A DNA stretch of 64,000 nt from an uncultured delta proteobacterium (lineage in GTDB: Bacteria; Myxococcota_A; Polyangia; Polyangiales; Polyangiaceae), in assembly GCA_963696385.1 (NCBI GenBank), contig CAVOKF010000004.1, positions 992,001 through 1,056,000 on the forward strand, written 5' to 3'. The notes under the pieces are model-generated. The model had not been told where the DNA came from, did no database searches, and worked only from the letters and a program-made list of their open reading frames with translations. A program made the translations under genes and the position numbers. Position 1 is the first letter of the stretch. The number at the start of each line of letters is the position of its first letter. Below, one piece after another: positions 10,151 through 22,177 of the stretch.

Positions 10151-12310
10151 TCAGCCTTGCTTCGCGACGCCGGACGGGGGGGCGAGCGTGATCCTCGGAC
10201 CCTGGGCCTCGCGGGCGAACAGCTTGAGCGACCGCGCCTCCAACCGCGTCGCGGCGTGGGGACCGAGCGTCCCGGTCGCGTTGTCGTCGTTGGTGTCGAG
10301 AAGCAGTGTCCAAACGGGAGCTGCCAAGTCGGTTGCCGGCGCCGTGAAGTCGAGCGGTTCGTGTCCCGCATTGATGATCAGCAACAGGTCGTCGTCGACG
10401 ATGGGGTCACCCCATTCGTCGACCTCGTCGATGCCGAGCCCCGCCACCTGCATCTGCAGAGCGCGCGTATAGGCCGTATTCCAATCCTGGTCGGTCATCT
10501 CCTCGCCGTCGTAGCGGAACCACATGATGTCCCGGATGTCGGCGCCGTGGAGAGCGCGGCCTTTGAAGAACTTCGCGCGGTGAAGGGCGGGATGACTCAG
10601 CCGCACCTGGACGACCTTTCGCGTAAAGGCGAGGAAAGCCTTCCGTTCGTCGTCGAGTTGCCAGTCGTACCAACTCGTCTCGTTGTCTTGACAATAGGCG
10701 TTGTTGTTTCCGTTCTGCGTTCTACCGATCTCGTCTCCACCGCAGATCATCGGTGTTCCTTGTGACAAGAGCAGGGTGGCAAGCATGTTGCGCTGCTGTC
10801 GCGCCCGAAGCCTCAAGACGGGGTCGAGTTGCGTCGGCCCCTCGGCCCCGCAGTTCCACGACGCGTTGTCGTTCGATCCGTCCTTGCCTTCTTCGCCGTT
10901 GGCCTCGTTGTGCTTGTGGTCGTACGAAACGAGATCGCGCAGGGTGAAGCCGTCGTGAGAGACGAAGAAGTTGATGCTCGAATAGGGACGTCGCCCATCG
11001 TTCTCGTACAGGTCGCTGCTCCCGCTCAGTCGGTAGGCGAGCTCACCCGATAGACCGCCGTCTCCTCTCCAGAAGGCGCGCATGGCGTCTCTGTACTTTC
11101 CGTTCCATTCCGTCCACCGAATCGGAAAATTGCCGACCTGGTAGCCGCCCTCGCCGACGTCCCAGGGCTCGGCAATCAGCTTGAGCTGGCTCAACACGGG
11201 GTCTTGGTGGATGATCGTAAAAAAGCTCGAGAGCTGATCCACGTCCTGCAGGGATCGGGCGAGCGTCGACGCCAGATCGAAGCGGAACCCATCGACGTGC
11301 ATTTCGATCGCCCAGTACCGTAGCGAATCCATGATGAGCTGCAGCGTCTGCGGATGGCGAACGTTCAGGCTGTTTCCCGTCCCTGTGTAATCAAAATAAT
11401 AGCGTCGCTGGTCGTCCAACCGATAGTACGTGGGGTTGTCGATGCCCTTGAACGAAATGGTCGGCCCGCGGTGATTGCCTTCGGCCGTATGGTTGTAGAC
11501 GACGTCGAGAATCACTTCGATGCCGTTCCGATGGAGTTCTTTGACCATCTGCTTGAACTCGCGGACGCCCTCGCCCGGAATGTCGACCGTGCGGTATCGG
11601 CTCTCGGGCGCGAAGAATGCGATGCTGTTGTAGCCCCAGTAGTTGCGCAGTCCTCGATCCAGTAGCGTTTTGTCGTCGACGAATGCGTGCACGGGCAAAA
11701 GCTCGACGGCGTTGATTCCGAGCTCCTTGAGGTGTCGGATGACGGGTTGGCTCGCGACGCCCGCGAACTTGCCACGAATCCGCTCGGGGACTTCGGGGTG
11801 GCGCATCGTCAGGCCCCGAACATGGGTTTCGTAAATGATGGTCCGGTGGAACGGGATGTTCGGCCGCGCGTCGTTCTCCCAATCGAAAGACGAATCGATG
11901 ACGACTGCGCGGGGCGCTCCGAGGGCGTCTCGCTCGCCCTTGGTCAGATCCGCGTCGTCGCCGCCCGGCTCGTGGGCGAACAACCCGTCGTCCCAGCGCT
12001 CGTGTCCGTCGACCGCCTTTGCGTACGGGTCCAGCAGCAACACCCGGTCGTTGAAGCGCAGACCGTGGACCGGGTCGTAGGGGCCCTTCACCCGGTAGCC
12101 GTAGCGCGTCCCTGGACGCACGCCTGCCACGTGCGCATGCCAGACGAACGCGGTGCGTTCGCGAAGCGCCAAGCGCGTTTGGTCGCCGGAGTCGTCGAAC
12201 AGGCAAAGCTCGACCCCCGTTGCAGCCTCGGAGAAGAGGGCGAAGTTCGTGCCTTTTGCGTCCGGCGTGGCGCCCAGAGGATACGGAAGACCGGGAACCG
12301 TCTTGGGCAT
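10151..12310 (-). CDS. glgX: Glycogen debranching enzyme (isoamylase)
   Basis: [47 protein letters not shown]. Confidence 0.97.
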   Translation of the reverse strand: MPKTVPGLPYPLGATPDAKGTNFALFSEAATGVELCLFDDSGDQTRLALRERTAFVWHAHVAGVRPGTRYGYRVKGPYDPVHGLRFNDRVLLLDPYAKAVDGHERWDDGLFAHEPGGDDADLTKGERDALGAPRAVVIDSSFDWENDARPNIPFHRTIIYETHVRGLTMRHPEVPERIRGKFAGVASQPVIRHLKELGINAVELLPVHAFVDDKTLLDRGLRNYWGYNSIAFFAPESRYRTVDIPGEGVREFKQMVKELHRNGIEVILDVVYNHTAEGNHRGPTISFKGIDNPTYYRLDDQRRYYFDYTGTGNSLNVRHPQTLQLIMDSLRYWAIEMHVDGFRFDLASTLARSLQDVDQLSSFFTIIHQDPVLSQLKLIAEPWDVGEGGYQVGNFPIRWTEWNGKYRDAMRAFWRGDGGLSGELAYRLSGSSDLYENDGRRPYSSINFFVSHDGFTLRDLVSYDHKHNEANGEEGKDGSNDNASWNCGAEGPTQLDPVLRLRARQQRNMLATLLLSQGTPMICGGDEIGRTQNGNNNAYCQDNETSWYDWQLDDERKAFLAFTRKVVQVRLSHPALHRAKFFKGRALHGADIRDIMWFRYDGEEMTDQDWNTAYTRALQMQVAGLGIDEVDEWGDPIVDDDLLLIINAGHEPLDFTAPATDLAAPVWTLLLDTNDDNATGTLGPHAATRLEARSLKLFAREAQGPRITLAPPSGVAKQG

Positions 12311-12358
12311 GCGGGTAAAGAAGCATCGGACGTGCCGGGTTGGCTTGAGTCGACCGCG

Positions 12359-14181
12359 CTACGAGCGGCCCGCCGTGTGCAGCCATGCCACCGGAAAGTC
12401 GCCGAGGGTCGCCACGCCTCAGTGTCAGGCTGCTGGAAGCGCATCGCGAATCGGACGGCCGCCTCGCTAGGGTGCTCCAGAAGAAGCACTTCGCGCACGA
12501 ATTGGAAGATCGACGGATCGAGGGTCGGGTTGCGACGATACGCCGTCTCGGTGGCCGCAACGATGCGCGACTCGTCGCTCTCTTCGCGCGTGCCATCGGC
12601 CCGCACGTAGGTCCGATAGACATCGAGCGCGGCGATCGTCTCCTGAATCGCCCGCAAGAGACTGGACAAGGTGAAGGCGCAGGCGTGCCGCGACGACTCC
12701 GCGACGCGCTTCAGGGCATGGCCCAGCAGGTGGACTTCGCCGGAAAAGGTCTCCGACATCACGTCGACTTTCGATTGGTACGCGACACGCGGATAGTCCC
12801 GCTCGCCCCCGGCGAAGCGCTGGTACAGATCGTCGAACGCCGCCGCCGCCTCGGGATCGACCCATAGCGCATTGATCGCCGCCAGAAAGTCGTACCCATT
12901 GGTGCCCGAAATGGCCCACGAACGCGGGAGACCCTCGCCGGCTGCCAAGATTTTCTCGGCGACGACGTACGATGGCAGGCCGTCGTCCTCGCGGCGCCGA
13001 GCGACCGCCTGGCGGATGCCCTGCTGGAGCGCCTGAAAATAGGCTTGAGGGTCGTACAGGCCATCGGTGTGATCGAGACGCAAGCCCGTCACCCGACCCT
13101 CGGCGATGAGTTCGAACACCAGGCCATGGGCCGCGGAAAAGACGGCGGGGGCCTCCATGCGGATCGCCGCCAGGTCATTGACGTCGAAGAACCGCCGGTA
13201 GTTCGTTTCCTCCGTCGCAACCCGCCAGAAACTGAGGCGGTAGTTCTGCTCTGCGAGGAAGCGCTCGAGCCCGTCCGGGCTCGACATGACGGCATGAATC
13301 GCTTCGGCGACGGCAGTCGCGACCTGCCGACTCGCGAGACAGACATCGGCCAGCCGGCGTTGGATGACCTCCTTTTCCCGCGCCCGTTCGCGACGCTCGA
13401 ACGCATCCACGGTGGATGCGTCGGGCAGGTGTCGTATCGCTGTCAGGATGCTTTCGACCTCGCGCCGGGCAGGGTTCTCGTCGCCGAGAGCCAGGCGTCC
13501 GGCGGCGCGATCGAGGATCATGGCGTAGCTGCGGGGAGATGCCGGAAAGCGCCGATCGCCATAGGTGACCCAAAGGCGGCCGCAGTCCCGCACGAGAGCG
13601 ATTTTGCCGTCGTCGACTTCTTCCCCGAACGGACGGCGGAGCACGGGCAGCAGGACCTTGCCCCGAAGGACTCGCTCGGGGGATTCCCATTCGATATCGA
13701 AGAAGTCGGCGAATGCCGAACTCGGTCCGCTCTCGAGGACGTCGTTCCACCACGGATTCTCGCCCGTGCCGACGCCTACGTGGTTCGGCACAAAGTCCAT
13801 GATGTGGCCCATGCCCGACGCCATCACCGCATCGCTCCAGATGCGAAATTCGTCGGCGGTCCCGAGCTCGGGGTTGAGCGTGGCGTGGTCCACGACGTCG
13901 TAGCCGTGCAGCGAGCCGCGCTGCGCGCGGAGAACGGGTGACGCGTAGACGGGGCCTACGCCCAGCTTCGCGAGATAGTCTGCGACGGCCGCGGCGTCTC
14001 GAAACCCGAAGTTGCCGTGCAGCTGAAGACGGTAGGTCGACGTCGGGACGCCGCGAACCGCCTTGGGGCCACGAGGGCCCACAGCCGTCCGAGCAAGGAG
14101 CTGCAACGAGCGCGGACCGACCTGCGCGCGGGCGCCCAGAGGGCCGGTGGTTCCGGCAGGGAGGCGAAGGACGGAATCCAT
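12359..14181 (-). pseudogene. treY: Malto-oligosyltrehalose synthase with a large internal deletion
   Basis: STYRLQ, GSLHGYDVVD, DFVPNH, NYRRFFD, GLRLDH, VAEKIL; after RFQQ (~12429) it jumps out of frame to the C-terminal GDFPVAWL tail. Confidence 0.85.
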
Positions 14182-14220
14182 GGCGTGCGAAGCAGAGGCA
14201 AAAGGAGTTGCCTGTACGGC

Positions 14221-15120
14221 TCAGGCGACTCGGCTCGAACCGGGTGCGCTCGCGATCGTCAGCGGTTCCGACTCGCGAGCCCATGGCCATGGCTGGCTCG
14301 GCCGCCCAGACCCTGCGACGACTTCATCGGTCCACACCCGGAAGCTCGTGAGCAGGCTCGGCCCAAACGACGTACTGATGGCTACGTCCGCGGCGTCACG
14401 CCCTCTTGCGATGAGTATGCGCCCGACGCGCGGCGTGTTGTGCCGTGCGTCGAACGTGTACCACCTACCGTCCAGGTAAGCCTCGAACCAGCCGGAAAAG
14501 TCCATAGGCGCGTCCGAAGCTGGCACGTCGATGTCTCCGAGGTAACCGGTGCAGTAGCGTGCCGGAATGTTCATCGACCGGCAGAACGCGATGGCCAAGT
14601 GAGCAAAGTCGCGGCACACGCCCGCCCTCTCTCGATACACGTCCCACGCCGTCTTCGTCGATCGCGCATGTTCGTATCCGAACTGAATGTGGCCATGAAC
14701 GAAGTCGCAAATGGCCTGCACGCGTGGCCAACCGGTGGGCGTATTCGCGAAAAGCTGCCACGCAATGGGCGCCAGCACATCCGTCTCGCAATACCGGCTG
14801 GCGAGCAGAAAGCGGATGGCGTCGTGCGGAAGAGCTTCGATCGACGCCTGAGGAACACCCCACGCGACGGGGTCCGGCCGTCCGTCGTCATCGACCAGTG
14901 CGTCGGTGAACACGCGGAATTCGCCCGGCGGCGCCAAAACGCGTGTGCAGTCATTTCCAAAGGAGTCTCGATAGCCCGTGAGCGTACACGACGGTTGCGT
15001 GCACACCCTATCCGAAACAAGAATATCCGCAGCCCGGGAAGGGTGGATGCTGAGCATGAAGATCATGGGTATCGGCTGGGGACAGCTGTAGATCAATTCA
15101 TAACCGACGCGAATGTGCAT
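14221..15120 (-). CDS. Transglutaminase-like family protein
   Basis: SRYCETD, GVCRDFAHL, ARYCTGYLGDI, RGRDAADV. Confidence 0.93.
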   Translation of the reverse strand: MHIRVGYELIYSCPQPIPMIFMLSIHPSRAADILVSDRVCTQPSCTLTGYRDSFGNDCTRVLAPPGEFRVFTDALVDDDGRPDPVAWGVPQASIEALPHDAIRFLLASRYCETDVLAPIAWQLFANTPTGWPRVQAICDFVHGHIQFGYEHARSTKTAWDVYRERAGVCRDFAHLAIAFCRSMNIPARYCTGYLGDIDVPASDAPMDFSGWFEAYLDGRWYTFDARHNTPRVGRILIARGRDAADVAISTSFGPSLLTSFRVWTDEVVAGSGRPSQPWPWARESEPLTIASAPGSSRVA

Positions 15121-15165
15121 GGCGGACCGGCTTTCCTCTTTCGCTCGCTCTCGGATGGTCGGACG

Positions 15166-15648
15166 TCAGAACGTTCCCAGGGCGATCATTCCGTAGCCGC
15201 CTCCGAGCTTCGCCGCCCCAATGCGGAGTGTGGGTCGACGATCGGCCGTTCTCACGACCCGCTCATGGATGGGCAGGAGAAAGCCCCCGACGACGGTCAC
15301 GGCGCCAATCGCCTGAAATACCCCGTCCGCAATCACGAGAACCTTGGCCGTATTCTCCGAGTCGCACGAGGCGGCCGGCGCACAACCTGGGCGCTGAGCC
15401 AGGTCGATCCAGGGCCCGGCAAGCGGCACATAAAGAGTTCGGTCGGGATGGAAGCCGCTCGTGGCACCGACCACAACCGCCGGCACGTAGGAAAGAGCGA
15501 AGATGCCGACGCCGCTGCTGACCATGGCCATGTTCGGTCCCGTCGCCGCCGTCGTATCCACGGTTGCCGGCTGCGCCGCGGCATCGCCGGGTCGAACGGT
15601 CCAAATCGCAAACGCGAGCGCAAAGCCCGTTGCCGTCGAGAGTTTCAT
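15166..15648 (-). CDS. Secreted/membrane hypothetical protein
   Basis: GGAG RBS, signal peptide, LYVPLAGPW motif. Confidence 0.7.
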   Translation of the reverse strand: MKLSTATGFALAFAIWTVRPGDAAAQPATVDTTAATGPNMAMVSSGVGIFALSYVPAVVVGATSGFHPDRTLYVPLAGPWIDLAQRPGCAPAASCDSENTAKVLVIADGVFQAIGAVTVVGGFLLPIHERVVRTADRRPTLRIGAAKLGGGYGMIALGTF

Positions 15649-15676
15649 GATGTCTGCTCCTTGCCCGAAGCCGTTT

Positions 15677-15692
15677 TGCAATCGTCGATCCA
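15677..15692 (-). promoter_or_regulatory. Candidate sigma54 promoter
   Basis: TGGATC-GACGA-TTGCA about 30 nt upstream of the 15648 start. Confidence 0.45.
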
Positions 15693-15909
15693 GCCGGCCA
15701 CCATGCAGACGATCCCAAGTCCGAAGCGAGTCGGCAGCCGCCGGTTGCCAAGCGCGGCACTTTCCGAACCGTGGTCGCCTGACACACTGTGGTGCGCACC
15801 TGCATCTGCGCGCGCCGGTGTGCCAGGACGTGGCGATCCCCCAGCCGAACCGGTGGCTCCCACGAGAACACCCCCCGTTGCTCGGATGCGTGGTCCCGAA
15901 GAGGTGCCG

Positions 15910-17239
15910 GCTCGGGCGGAGTCGGGCGTTCGTCTTCACGAGACACCGGAGAACCTCGGCTACGCTCCACGCTTGCGCGATGCACCCACGAGGCACAAAC
16001 GGGGCTTCTGCGTCGAAGGTCTCGCTAATCGAGCCAAAATCGAGCCAACGCCCGCCTCTCTCAGGTGTGCCGCAAACCCTTCGATCATGTGCCGGGCCGT
16101 CGCGCGGTCACCGCCGACTCTGAGCCACGCGTCTACGAAGGGCCCGATGAGCCACGCCCACACGGTACCCTGGTGGTACGCGAGATCGCGCGCGCGAAGG
16201 TCTCCAAAGTATTTGGGTTGGTACGCGGGATGGTCCGGGGCCAGCGTTCGCAACCCGAAGGGGGTCCAGAGCTGTCGGTGCACCTCGGACACGACCCGTT
16301 GCCAGCGCGTCGGGTCCAGGATGGGATGGGGAAGAGCGACGGCGAGGATCTGGTTCGGCCGCAAGGACTCGTCGTCGCCGTGTTCTCCGTCCACGAGGTC
16401 GCGAAGGTAGCCTCGTTTTTCGTCCCAGAAACGCCGGTTGAACGAAGCCTGCGCCTGATCGGCGAGACTTGCATAGCGCTCGGCGCGGCCCGTCTCTCGT
16501 TGATCCAACCACGAGACGAGCAGGCGAAGCGCGTCGAACCAGAGTGCGTTGATCTCGACGGCCTTGCCTCGCCTGGGAGTGACGACGAGGTCGCCGACTT
16601 TTGCATCCATCCAAGTCAGCGCGTACCCCTCGGCGCCCTGTGAGAGCAGTCCGTTCGCCGGGTCTACATGGATGGAGTAGCGCGTCCCTCGGATGTGGCG
16701 CTCGACGATGTCGATCAATTGGGGCAATAGGAGGGTCAACGTCGCCTGGTCTTGTGGTAGGCAATGCGGCGGCGAGCAAGCGCGTGCGTCGTTCGCCTTC
16801 GGCCGTGCGCGCTCGTGCGGGCGGCAACGCGTCGATGACTTGCCAGGTCTCCGTCGACGCCACGAACGTGGCCCTCGTGCCCCTGGAGAGCGTGAGCCGA
16901 AAGAAGCCCGGACTGTAGAGTTCGCCCATCGAGTCGTAGCCTCGAACGAGCTCCGCGTGGTACCGGACGTCGCGCACCCGTTTCTTGTCGATCGTGAAGG
17001 CGCTGGAGTCGTGGTCGATGCGCATTCGCAACGGCGGATAGCCGTCGGCCGACACGTCGTACCAATCGTCGACGACCGTAAGCGCGTAGGGATCGGAGGC
17101 CGGCGCATCGAGCGCCCCGGCGTGCGACCAGCCACTCGCGGGTGATGAAGGGGCTCGTGGGGTCCTCCGTCCCAGCGAGCTCCTGCAGTACCCGAGACGG
17201 GCTCGACGAGGGGGCCACTTCGATGAGGGGAACGCTCAT
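15910..17239 (-). pseudogene. Amylo-alpha-1,6-glucosidase fragmented by deletions and frameshifts
   Basis: Pieces in different frames: ITREWLV; ELYSPGFF; LTWMDAKV..TPRRGKAVEINALW..LRPNQ..GLRTL..AYHQGTVWAWL; PRGCIAQAWSVAE. Confidence 0.85.
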
Positions 17240-17241
17240 CT

Positions 17242-17529
17242 CTAGCGGCGATCGTGATCGCGGGCGATCTCTCGCGGGCGGTGGGCGTAGGCCACCCAAC
17301 GGCCACCGTGCTGGTGATACCAACGACCGTGAACGTCGTAGACGTAGCCATCGTGGAACCGATAGCGAGGATACGCCTCAATCCCGGGCGGGGCCGCCTC
17401 CACGTACATTCCGTCGTATCCGTCAATGCTCGCGGTTCCGGCACACGCCGACGAGACGATCAGCACGCCGACCCCGGACGCCATGCACACCCCGCGGCGA
17501 AGTTTCTCGATGCTCCACGATCTGTCCAT
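17242..17529 (-). CDS. Small lipoprotein
   Basis: AGGAGG RBS, lipobox-like SSAC, Tyr/His/Arg-rich mature part. Confidence 0.65.
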   Translation of the reverse strand: MDRSWSIEKLRRGVCMASGVGVLIVSSACAGTASIDGYDGMYVEAAPPGIEAYPRYRFHDGYVYDVHGRWYHQHGGRWVAYAHRPREIARDHDRR

Positions 17530-17555
17530 AGGGACCTCCTGTAAACAGGATGCCG

Positions 17556-17571
17556 TGCAATCCCGAGGCCA
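17556..17571 (-). promoter_or_regulatory. Candidate sigma54 promoter
   Basis: TGGCCT-CGGGA-TTGCA just upstream of the lipoprotein RBS. Confidence 0.55.
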
Positions 17572-17747
17572 GGGTTCCGATCGAAACGGCCAAAAGGGCG
17601 AATCGCCACACCGGCCGCAACGCTGCCACAGTCGGGGCGGCCACAGCCTCCGACGCTCAGCGCTCGCAACTCGAGAGAGCAAACCCTTGACGGTCGAACG
17701 GGGACCCCCCCGACGGTCGCGGTACACCTCCTGCTTGGCTCGCCTCG

Positions 17748-19540
17748 GTGCCCTCTCGAATCGAGGACTACGCCCTGGTCGGCGACTGTCAGGCCGCCGG
17801 GCTGGTCGACCGCCAGGGCTCGATGGATTGGCTCTGCTTGCCGCGTTTCGACTCGGACGCGTGCTTTGCCGCGCTGCTGGGCGGCCCGGAGCACGGTCGC
17901 TGGCTCGTCGCCTCTCGCGAAGAGGTGCGGCGTACGACCCGCCGCTACCGAGATGGCTCCCTGGTCTTGGATACCACGGTCGAGACAGAGGCAGGTGCCG
18001 TCAGGGTAACCGATTGCATGCTGCTCGGGGCCGACACCCCGACGGTCGTCCGCCTCGTGAGCGGGGTGCGCGGTCGCGTGGCGATGCGAACCGAGCTGGT
18101 CTTGCGCTTCGATTACGGCTCGATCGTACCGTGGGTGCGCAAGCAGGGGGAAAACGGTGTGTATGCCGTTGCCGGACCGGATGCGGTCTACGTGCAGAGC
18201 GATGTCCCCCTTCGGGGCGAGAACATGACGACCGTCGCCGACTTCGAGGTCGGTCCCGAGCAGTCCGTCTCGTTCGTGTTGCGCTGGCAACCTTCCCATC
18301 TCGGTGCACCCTCCGATGTGGATGCGCATGCGGCGGTCACCGCATGCGAGCTCGATTGGCGACTATGGTCGGCCCAGTGTACCTACGAGGGCGAGTGGCG
18401 CGACATCGTGTTGCGGTCGCTCGTGACGCTGAAGGCCCTGACGCATGCCGTCACGGGCGCGATTGCCGCTGCGCCGACGACGTCGCTTCCTGAAGCGATC
18501 GGGGGAGTCCGAAACTGGGACTATCGCTACTGCTGGGTGCGCGATGCCACGTTCACGCTACTCGCCTTCGCGCACAACGGGTTCATCGAGGAAGCGCGAC
18601 AATGGCGGGAATGGCTGCTTCGCGCGGTCGCGGGTGACCCGTCCAAGCTCCAGATCATGTACGCGATCGACGGACGACGTCGAATCGAAGAGCGAGAAAT
18701 TTCGTGGTTGCCAGGCTACGAGAATTCGTCCCCGGTACGCGTCGGCAACGGGGCATTTCAGCAACGACAACTCGACGTATATGGCGAGGTCATGGACGCC
18801 CTCCATCAATGCCACCGGTGGGGGATCGGCAGCGAGCCGAACGCCTGGGCTTTGCGCCGAAAGATGCTCGAGGTTCTCGAAAGCGGCTGGGAGCGGCCCG
18901 ATGAAGGCATCTGGGAAGTGCGCGGTCCGCAGCGGCAGTTCACTCATTCGAAGGTGATGGCCTGGGTCGCGTTCGATCGAGGCATTCGGCGCGTCGAGGC
19001 CGCCGGGGGGGCGGACCGATCGAGCGCTGGCGAATTGTGCGCGAGCGCATCCATGACGACGTATGCCGCCAGGGCTACGACGCCGAGGTCGGCTCGTTCG
19101 TGCAGTTTTACGGCTCCAAAGACGTCGATGCGAGCTTGCTCATGATCCCGCTGGTGGGCTTCTTACCCCCCTCCGACCGACGCGTGCAGGCCACGGTGCG
19201 AACCATCGAAAACCGTCTGCTCGACCAAGGCCTGGTGAGAAGGTATACGCCCCGGCGCTCGGTGGATGGTCTGCCCGAACGCGAAGGTGCGTTTCTACCG
19301 TGCAGCTTTTGGCTCGCCGACAACTGGTCGCTGCAAGGTCGGCACGACGAGGCACGCGCGATGTTCGAGCGGCTGGTCGGCCTTTGCAACGACGTCGGTC
19401 TGCTGGCGGAGGAATACGACGTCCGGTCAGGCCGATTGGTTGGCAACTTCCCTCAAGCCTTTTCTCACGTGTCTCTCGTGAACACGGCGCTCAACCTGAG
19501 CACGCATCACGCGAGTCCTGCCCGCCAACGTCGGGGTTGA
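17748..19540 (+). pseudogene. GH15 glucoamylase/trehalase, frameshifted at a G7 run (19005-19011)
   Basis: IEDYALVGD, RNWDYRYCWVRD, QLDVYGE, DEGIWEVRG; a second frame continues GPIERW..GLLAEE..GNFPQAFSH. Confidence 0.88.
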
Positions 19541-19655
19541 CGATGGGTGCCGTCCTTTCGTTGGGGCGCTGGGCGCCCGGATCTCACCGGCACGCGGTTC
19601 GCACCCGCGTGAACCGATGTACGACGCCAAACCGCGGGGCCTCCCCGCCGTGCCC

Positions 19656-19910
19656 ATGAACAGGACGAACGGGACCCGTCGTTCGGACGGAACTTCCGAT
19701 TCGCCGCTCGCCGCGGAGTCGACGATCGGTGCTCGCTCCCCGCCGCCGCACGATCCGAGTGTCGAGGAGCTTCGCGTCTGGGACACGATAGGCCTCAATC
19801 CGGCGACGAGAATTGCCGATGTCTACCGTCTGATCGAACCGCTCGGCATCGGAGCGATGGGTACGGTGATGCTCGCGCAGGATGAAAGCCCGGGTCGGAG
19901 CGTAGGTTGA
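19656..19910 (+). pseudogene. N-terminal remnant of a Pkn-type Ser/Thr protein kinase
   Basis: YRLIEPLGIGAMGTVMLAQD (subdomain I) and a stop before VAxK. Confidence 0.7.
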
Positions 19911-20142
19911 GAGCGGTGACGGTCCCGCAGCCCGCGGAGCCAAGGAGACGTCCTGTGAACACGTTCCCCCGTTTTGGATTCGTCGTTGCCTACGTGAATG
20001 ACTTCGGCGTGCTCGACCCGGACGGGCAGGCGCGCTACGTCCTCGAGCTGTCCGCGACCCGGCCAAGCCGCGAGACAAACGCCTGACCCGGGCGCTCCGA
20101 TCGGGCTCGACACCGCGGCACCCCGGGTGTGAGCTTTGGCCT

Positions 20143-20934
20143 ATGGACCTAGAGCTTGAGGGCAAGCGCGCCGTCGTCAGCGGTTCGACGGCGGGTATCG
20201 GCTACGCCATCGCCGCGGCGCTCGCGAGAGAGGGCGCGGCGGTCGTCGTCAACGGGCGGACCGCGGCGCGGGTGGACCAAGCGGTGAAGCGCCTGCGCGC
20301 CGATCATGCCGGTGCCACCGTCGAGGGCGTGGCCTGCGACCTCGGGAAGGGCGCCGGCGCCGACCGGCTTTTCGAGGCCGTGGCGGATGCCGACATCCTC
20401 GTCAACAACTTGGGCATCTTCGAGCCCAAAAGCTTCGCCGAGATCCCGGACGAAGACTGGATGCGCTTCTTCGAGGTCAACGTGGTGAGCGGGGTCCGCC
20501 TGAGCCGCCGCTACCTACCGGGCATGCTGGCGCGCAAGTGGGGCCGCATCGTGTTCATCTCGAGCGAGTCGGCGGTGCAAATCCCGGCCGAGATGATCCA
20601 CTACGGGGTCACGAAGACGGCCCAGGCTCTCGCTCGTGGGCTGGCCGAGTCGGTCGCCGGCACGGGAGTGACGGTCAACAGCGTCCTGCCCGGTCCAACG
20701 GCGTCGGAAGGGGTCTCGACGTTCGTAGCCGGCATGAGCCGCACGCGCGGCGTCGACGCGGCGACCGTCGAGCGGGAGTTCTTCCAGACCGTTCGGCCGT
20801 CGTCGCTCATCCGGCGCTTCGCCACGCCCGACGAGGTGGCGTCGATGGTCGTCTACGTGTGCAGCGGCCTGGCCTCCGCGACGACCGGATCGGCGTTGCG
20901 CGTCGACGGCGGCGTGGTGAGGGCGATCTTCTAG
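20143..20934 (+). CDS. SDR family oxidoreductase
   Basis: SGSTAGIG, LVNNLG, YGVTK, LRVDGG. Confidence 0.95.
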   Translation: MDLELEGKRAVVSGSTAGIGYAIAAALAREGAAVVVNGRTAARVDQAVKRLRADHAGATVEGVACDLGKGAGADRLFEAVADADILVNNLGIFEPKSFAEIPDEDWMRFFEVNVVSGVRLSRRYLPGMLARKWGRIVFISSESAVQIPAEMIHYGVTKTAQALARGLAESVAGTGVTVNSVLPGPTASEGVSTFVAGMSRTRGVDAATVEREFFQTVRPSSLIRRFATPDEVASMVVYVCSGLASATTGSALRVDGGVVRAIF

Positions 20935-20992
20935 AGTCCAGCGGACTACCCGCTCCCTTCGGTCGTCTTCCACGGAGCCACCCCGAGCCGGT

Positions 20993-21401
20993 GTGCGTGC
21001 ACGCACGCCCGCACGTGCGGGCCGTTCGATCGCACGTTCGCCCGACGCAGATTTCCCGGTGTTTTTGCGAGATCGACCGATCGGAACGATTGGCCCCGAC
21101 CTTGCGATAGCCGTGCCTCGAAGGCGCGAACGGCGCCGGGAGGACAGTCATGCGAAAAGCGTTGGTCTTTGTGGGGATAACGGCGATGGGTTTGGGGGGG
21201 TGCGCCACGACGTTGCGAGCTCCCGTGCCGCCGATTCATTCGGACGCCGAGGCCGGAGCCGGCTCCCCGGCAGGGTTTGGATGCACCGTCGAAGGGGCGC
21301 CCCGCGTCGTGGCAAACCAGGTCGATCGCTCCGCCGGCGTCGTCGCCGAAGCCGATGACTCGCGTGTGTGGCTGCACTTCTCGATGGATCGTGGCGCGAA
21401 G
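20993..21401 (+). repeat. Copy 1 of a ~410-bp diverged duplication (promoter plus lipoprotein 5' end)
   Basis: Aligns by eye with 25418-25819. Confidence 0.9.
21091..21106 (+). promoter_or_regulatory. sigma54 promoter of the lipoprotein gene
   Basis: TGGCCC-CGACC-TTGCG. Confidence 0.6.
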
Positions 21402-22004
21402 CCTCGGGCTCTGGCGGTCGATCCGCTGTCGCTCGACGCGGCGGAGGGCGGCGAGTCCTCGTTGCCCGGTCTCGCGAACGCCGGCACCCGCGCGGAGGGT
21501 CTCGCCGCCGAGATCACGCCGGTGCGCTGGCAATCGACGGGCCCGTGGGCCGCCGACACGGGTCACGTTCGTCCCGCCGTCGCGCAGGTCCACGAGGCAT
21601 CCACGTTGCACGCGTTGCAGCTGCGGCTTCGGAGCGCGCTGTCGGCCGCCCCGGTTTCGTCGATGTCCGGCGATGCTCGGGCCACCCATCCGGTCGTCGC
21701 CCGCTTGGACTCGGAGAGCTCGGCGGCGGTGTGGAGCGAAGGGTCGATTTACAGGGGTCTCGACGTTCATGTCCAAAGGATGGACCGGCACGGCCGCCCG
21801 ATCGGATCTCCGGTGACGCTGGCGACCGACGGCCGCGCCTTCGGCACGCCGACGGTGGCCGTCGGCCCCTCCGGTCGGGGCGTCGTCGCGTTTTTGCAGG
21901 AGACCGACCAAGGCTTCGATCTCGCCGCCGCGTCCATTGATTGCCATGTCTCCGCGTCGCGCGACGCGCCGGCCGAATGGGCCATGCAGACGGCGCGCCG
22001 ATAA
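21150..22004 (+). CDS. Lipoprotein of unknown function
   Basis: GGGAGG RBS, lipobox LGGC. Confidence 0.75.
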   Translation: MRKALVFVGITAMGLGGCATTLRAPVPPIHSDAEAGAGSPAGFGCTVEGAPRVVANQVDRSAGVVAEADDSRVWLHFSMDRGAKPRALAVDPLSLDAAEGGESSLPGLANAGTRAEGLAAEITPVRWQSTGPWAADTGHVRPAVAQVHEASTLHALQLRLRSALSAAPVSSMSGDARATHPVVARLDSESSAAVWSEGSIYRGLDVHVQRMDRHGRPIGSPVTLATDGRAFGTPTVAVGPSGRGVVAFLQETDQGFDLAAASIDCHVSASRDAPAEWAMQTARR

Positions 22005-22177
22005 CGCCGGCCGGCGATGGGCTCGTCGGTTCCGAATCGAAAGCGTCGAACGCCCGCGATCCAGAGACGCACTCGAAGGCCATAGGAAAGTGCGTACTGG
22101 CGCACCAACGGTCTTCGCCCTGCTCTCACGGGTTGTCACATGGTTCTTACAGGCGCGAAGTGCGCCGGGAGGTCGAG

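Noticed and set aside
14017..16410. 797-aa ORF and similar long antisense ORFs (e.g. 54591-56759, 62119-63897)
   Set aside because: Shadow frames of real genes in high-GC DNA with no recognisable motifs.
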